From an uncultured Gemmatimonadales bacterium (GTDB lineage Bacteria; Gemmatimonadota; Gemmatimonadetes; Longimicrobiales; RSA9), in NCBI GenBank assembly GCA_963798085.1, contig CAWCRS010000003.1:384001-448000 (forward strand): DNA of 64,000 nt. The letters run 5' to 3'. Shown here piece after piece: positions 60,267 to 64,000 of the stretch; position 1 is the stretch's first letter, and every line of letters begins with the position of its first letter. Both the position numbers and the translations under genes were made by a program. Below the pieces are notes generated by a model. The model was not told the origin of the DNA and ran no database searches. It saw nothing but the letters and a program-made list of their open reading frames with translations.

Positions 60267-61499
60267 ATGTCCAGCGTTCTGCAGAGCGTTCTGACCCGCA
60301 TGCTCGCATTCGCCGCCCGCGACCGGCAGCGCATCTTCATCAGCTACCGCCGCCGCGGTGAGGGCGCGGGGTACGCCGGCCGCCTGGCGGACCGGCTGAT
60401 CCACGAATTCGGGTCGGACCAGTGCTTTCGGGATATCGACGACATCGAATCAGGCACCGACTTCGTGGAAGCCATTTCCCACGCCGTGGGTTCATGCGAC
60501 GTGCTGATTGCCGTGATCGGCCCCGACTGGCTGAGCGCCACCGACGCGCACGGCCAGCGGCGGCTCGAGAATGAGCGCGATTTCGTGCGTCTGGAGATCA
60601 CGGCCGCCCTGGCAAGGGACATACGGGTGGTGCCCGTGCTGGTCGGTGCCGCGCTCATGCCCACGCCCGAACAGCTGCCGGACGCCATGGCCGCGCTGTC
60701 CCGCAGGCAGGCACACGAGCTGAGCGACACCCGCTGGGACTACGACGTCAGCCAGCTCATCACGTCCATCGAGCGGCTCGGTATCCGCCGCGCGCGCGAC
60801 GCCAGTCGCCAGCCCGTGCGCCGCCGCTGGAAGCTCGCGGGCGCGCTCGTGGCCGGCTTCACCGCGATCAGCCTCGGCATCGCGGCGCTCAGCTCTGCCA
60901 TCGACCGCATGAACACGGCTTCGCTGGATACTCTCCCCGCGTTCACTCCCGCCGCCGGCGGGAGTGCGGTCGATGGCATCCGTACTGCGTCCGAATCCGT
61001 TCCGCTGCGTACCCCGCACACCGAGTTGGTGAAGAGCGGCGCAGACCGCCGGGACGTGTCGTATCAGCCACCCGACCCGACACTCGGACAGGGACCCGCC
61101 ATTCTCGCCGCCATGCGCCGCGCGAATCAAGCGGAGACGGAGGCGTTCCGTGCGCTCGATGAGGACGTGCTCAATGGCCCGTTCACAGGCGAGGCCCTGG
61201 CCATGGAGCAGCTGGCGCTGCGGGGTCTGGCTGCCGCCGGCCAGTTCACGGTCAACACGCTGCACGACCAGCGCATCCTCTCGCTGAACGTGAGCCCGGA
61301 CGGCAGCAGCGCCACGGTTCGGGCGGTGGAGACCTGGAGCGACGTCCACTATAACGCGCTGTTGCGCCAGTGCATGTTCCGCGTGCCGCCGCACGAAGTG
61401 CCGCAGACCGTGCGCCTGCTGCGGGTGGCGGGATTGTGGCGGGTGACGGCAATTGAAGGCGACGCCGCCGAATCACCGGATCCGACGCCCTGCGTGTGA
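60267..61499 (+). CDS. TIR domain protein with a TM helix and a C-terminal extracytoplasmic domain
   Basis: IFISYRR, FRDIDDI, DVLIAVIGPDW and DFVRLEI; hydrophobic helix at about aa 190-215. Confidence 0.85.
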   Translation: MSSVLQSVLTRMLAFAARDRQRIFISYRRRGEGAGYAGRLADRLIHEFGSDQCFRDIDDIESGTDFVEAISHAVGSCDVLIAVIGPDWLSATDAHGQRRLENERDFVRLEITAALARDIRVVPVLVGAALMPTPEQLPDAMAALSRRQAHELSDTRWDYDVSQLITSIERLGIRRARDASRQPVRRRWKLAGALVAGFTAISLGIAALSSAIDRMNTASLDTLPAFTPAAGGSAVDGIRTASESVPLRTPHTELVKSGADRRDVSYQPPDPTLGQGPAILAAMRRANQAETEAFRALDEDVLNGPFTGEALAMEQLALRGLAAAGQFTVNTLHDQRILSLNVSPDGSSATVRAVETWSDVHYNALLRQCMFRVPPHEVPQTVRLLRVAGLWRVTAIEGDAAESPDPTPCV

Positions 61500-61608
61500 G
61501 GCTGTGGTGCGACGCGGAACGGCGGCAGCATCAGCAGAGTCGCCTGGCACGCACTGCGCGCGCGCCAGCTGACGCGTGCGGCTGGCGCGTCAGCGCTGCT
61601 GCGCGCTG

Positions 61609-61815
61609 CTACTTCAAGGTGATCTCGCCCTCGATGTCGTGATCCAGGCCCACACCGCTCAGGCGGATGGTGGCGTGCGCGGTCAGCGTCTCGTCGCCGC
61701 GGATGCGGCCCGAATCGATCGCCTCACGCACCGCCTGCTCGATCTCGCGCTGCGCCGTCACACCGAAGGTCTTGAGAAACTTGCGCAGGCTGAGGTTGAA
61801 CGCGTCCTCGTTCAT
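61609..61815 (-). CDS. Small conserved hypothetical protein (DUF6494-like)
   Basis: MNEDAFNLSLRKFLKTFGVTAQREIE pattern. Confidence 0.75.
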   Translation of the reverse strand: MNEDAFNLSLRKFLKTFGVTAQREIEQAVREAIDSGRIRGDETLTAHATIRLSGVGLDHDIEGEITLK

Positions 61816-61925
61816 GATCCCCGCAATGTGTTGCTGGTGACGGCCGCGGCCGGCGCCCGCCGGCGCGGTGCGTGCATTGACAGCCTCATGCCGCGCCCTC
61901 GTTCTGAATCACCTCTCGGAAACGG

Positions 61926-63605
61926 TCAGTCGGAGCCACCCGCCGTCACCGCCTTCGCCGTCACGTAGTAGTTCACGTCGACCTTGAACTCGGCGGAATC
62001 GGCCAGCTGCACACTCATCGTCTGCCACGCCTCCGTCGGGTGGATCACGGTGTAGCCGCCGACCGACAGTGTCACCGGCACCTGCATGCGGAAGCCCGGC
62101 ACGACATTGGCCCAGCGGTAGCGCAGCCTGCCTCCGCTGATGCTGTATTCCAGCACCGGGATCTTCGTGGTCGTCAGGTACTGCTCGAACACCTTGCTCA
62201 GGTCCGTGCCCGCCTGCTGGCTGATGTAGTCCTCGACCTGTTTGCCGGTCACGGTCTGGTGCCAGAACGTCTGGTTCAGGCCGCGCAGGATGCCTCGCCA
62301 TTTCTCGTCATTGCCCACGATCTGGCGGATGGTGTGCAGCATGTTCCCGCCCTTCGGGTACATGTCGCCCGAGCCTTCCTGATTCACGCCGAACGCGGGC
62401 ACGATGGGCCGGTCGTTACGGACGCCTCGCCGGACGCCCACTGTGTACGCGGCGCCCTTGTCCTTGCCGAACAGGCACTCCGTGTACAGGCCCTCCGCAT
62501 AGTTGGCGAAGCTCTCGTGCACCCACATGTCGGCCAGGTCCTTCGACGTGAGGTTGTTGCCGAACCATTCGTGGGCACTCTCGTGCACAATGATGAAGTC
62601 CCACTGCATGCCCAGACCGGTGCCCGATGCATCACGGCCGCGGTAGCCGTTGGCGAACCAGTTGCCGTACGCGACCGCGGTCTGGTGCTCCATCCCCGTG
62701 TTAGGCACTTCGATGAGCTTGTAGCCGTCTTCGTACCACGGGTACGGCCCGAACCAGTGCTCGAAGCACTTCATCATCGACTTCGCCTGCGCGAACTGCC
62801 GGTGGGCCGCCTCCAGGTGGTAGGTCAGCGGCCAGAAGTCCATGCTCAGCGGTCCCTTCTCACCGTCGTAGGTTTCCGTGTAATGGTCGTAGCTGCCCGC
62901 AGCCACCGCGATCGCGTAGTTGTTGATGGGATTCACCACGAACCACTCGTATGTTGTGGTGCCATCCGCGTTGTGCGTGGTGCTGCGCAGGCGGCCATTG
63001 GAAACGTCGAGCAGTGGATCCGGCACCGTCAGCGCAACACGCTGGCTGTCCGGCTCATCCATTTGCGTGTCCTTGTTGGGCCACCAGATGCTCGCGCCCA
63101 CGCCCTGGTCGGTCGTCACCACCCACGTCCGTCCCAGGCTGTCCGCCGTCCACGTGAAGCCGCCCTCCCAGGGTGGCCGCCTGGCCACGCGCGGCCGGCC
63201 GTGATAATGGACTGTCAGCGTACGACTCGTGCCGGCCCGCTGCGCCGAAGGCAGCGTGACGAAGAAGGCGTTGCCATCCCGCCGGTACGTCACGGCTTTT
63301 CCGTCCTGCACCATGCTGTCGACGTCCAGCGGCGTCATGAGATCGATCTGCATCTCCTGCGCCGGCTTCAGCACGCGATAGGTGATGGCGTTGTAGCCGC
63401 GGATCGAACTGTCCGCGGGATTGATGGCGACGTGCAGGTCGTAGAACGACACATCCCACCACGTCCGTGCGGGCGAGGTCAGCGAGCCACGCAGCGTGTC
63501 CGCGTGCGTGAAGCTCTGCTGCTGCTGCTGCTGCTGCGCGCGTCCGCGCGTGCTGGAACCGGCAAGCAGAACGATCCCGAGTGCAATAGACAGCATCCGT
63601 CGCAT
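61926..63605 (-). CDS. Secreted M1 family aminopeptidase
   Basis: Signal peptide, GMEHQ, HESAHEWFGN...HES (HExxH-x18-E) and YPKG. Confidence 0.92.
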   Translation of the reverse strand: MRRMLSIALGIVLLAGSSTRGRAQQQQQQQSFTHADTLRGSLTSPARTWWDVSFYDLHVAINPADSSIRGYNAITYRVLKPAQEMQIDLMTPLDVDSMVQDGKAVTYRRDGNAFFVTLPSAQRAGTSRTLTVHYHGRPRVARRPPWEGGFTWTADSLGRTWVVTTDQGVGASIWWPNKDTQMDEPDSQRVALTVPDPLLDVSNGRLRSTTHNADGTTTYEWFVVNPINNYAIAVAAGSYDHYTETYDGEKGPLSMDFWPLTYHLEAAHRQFAQAKSMMKCFEHWFGPYPWYEDGYKLIEVPNTGMEHQTAVAYGNWFANGYRGRDASGTGLGMQWDFIIVHESAHEWFGNNLTSKDLADMWVHESFANYAEGLYTECLFGKDKGAAYTVGVRRGVRNDRPIVPAFGVNQEGSGDMYPKGGNMLHTIRQIVGNDEKWRGILRGLNQTFWHQTVTGKQVEDYISQQAGTDLSKVFEQYLTTTKIPVLEYSISGGRLRYRWANVVPGFRMQVPVTLSVGGYTVIHPTEAWQTMSVQLADSAEFKVDVNYYVTAKAVTAGGSD

Positions 63606-63913
63606 CAATGGCCTCCCGTGAATTCCGGCCGTTGTGCCCGGCCCTGTTGTGAAACTCGGACGACCGGGTGCGGCCGACAAGGGCTCGTGCACTCACGGTG
63701 AGCCGCAGGGATCGTTGCGCGAGGGCACCGGATCTCTGCAGGAGGCGCTCGCTTGCCGGCCCAACCCGGCAGGTTCCCGCACAACAGATCTTCCCGCAGC
63801 GATGTTCCCCGGTCCCACGACAATGCCGCCGGTGCCCGACGCATTGTAGGTTGAAGCGTCGCACGCGCGCTCGACTGGCCGGGCGCAGCAACAGGCAGGC
63901 AAGGAGGCGTTGC

Positions 63914-64000
63914 ATGGCTCCCCGTGGCGCATCGCAAAACCCGAAATGGACGCCGGCGCCCGACAGCCTCGTGCGCAGCTTCGCCACGCTCATCGGCAGC
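63914..64000 (+). CDS. Partial CDS at window edge, possibly TfoX-N-like
   Basis: AAGGAGG RBS then MAPRGASQNPKWTPAPDSLVRSFATLIGS, open to the end of the window. Confidence 0.45.
   Translation, partial: MAPRGASQNPKWTPAPDSLVRSFATLIGS

Noticed and set aside
62040..63701. Long antisense ORFs (for example 62040-63701, 39221-40705, 52900-54153)
   Set aside because: These are shadow ORFs typical of high-GC DNA, lying opposite well-supported genes.

Overview
High-GC bacterial chromosomal segment. The gene content (acidobacterial-type PadR with duplicated ABC permeases, many secreted peptidases, a caa3-type oxidase) suggests Gemmatimonadota or a similar lineage; this is inference. There are about 48 CDSs: membrane and transport genes, pstC-pstA-pstS plus a porin with Pho-box-like repeats, a ctaA-coxBACD-VKOR cluster and M14/S9/P1/M1 peptidases. 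No rRNA, tRNA, transposase or true CRISPR array was seen. The main points of interest are: (1) a candidate conflict or cell-death module pairing a lipase + macro-like + CHAT protease protein with a nucleoside-deoxyribosyltransferase-like/TPR (DUF4071-like) protein; (2) three unrelated families of non-coding elements built as tandem repeat arm / unique core / inverted arm, one of them inside the cox operon; (3) a DUF2891 paralog pair in which one copy has lost three His residues; (4) a stand-alone MacB periplasmic-domain lipoprotein, a flippase-only MprF, an orphan HEPN-like gene and a TIR-TM protein. Many genes carry single-base frameshifts that look like assembly errors. All family assignments come from reading motifs by eye; no database search was run.
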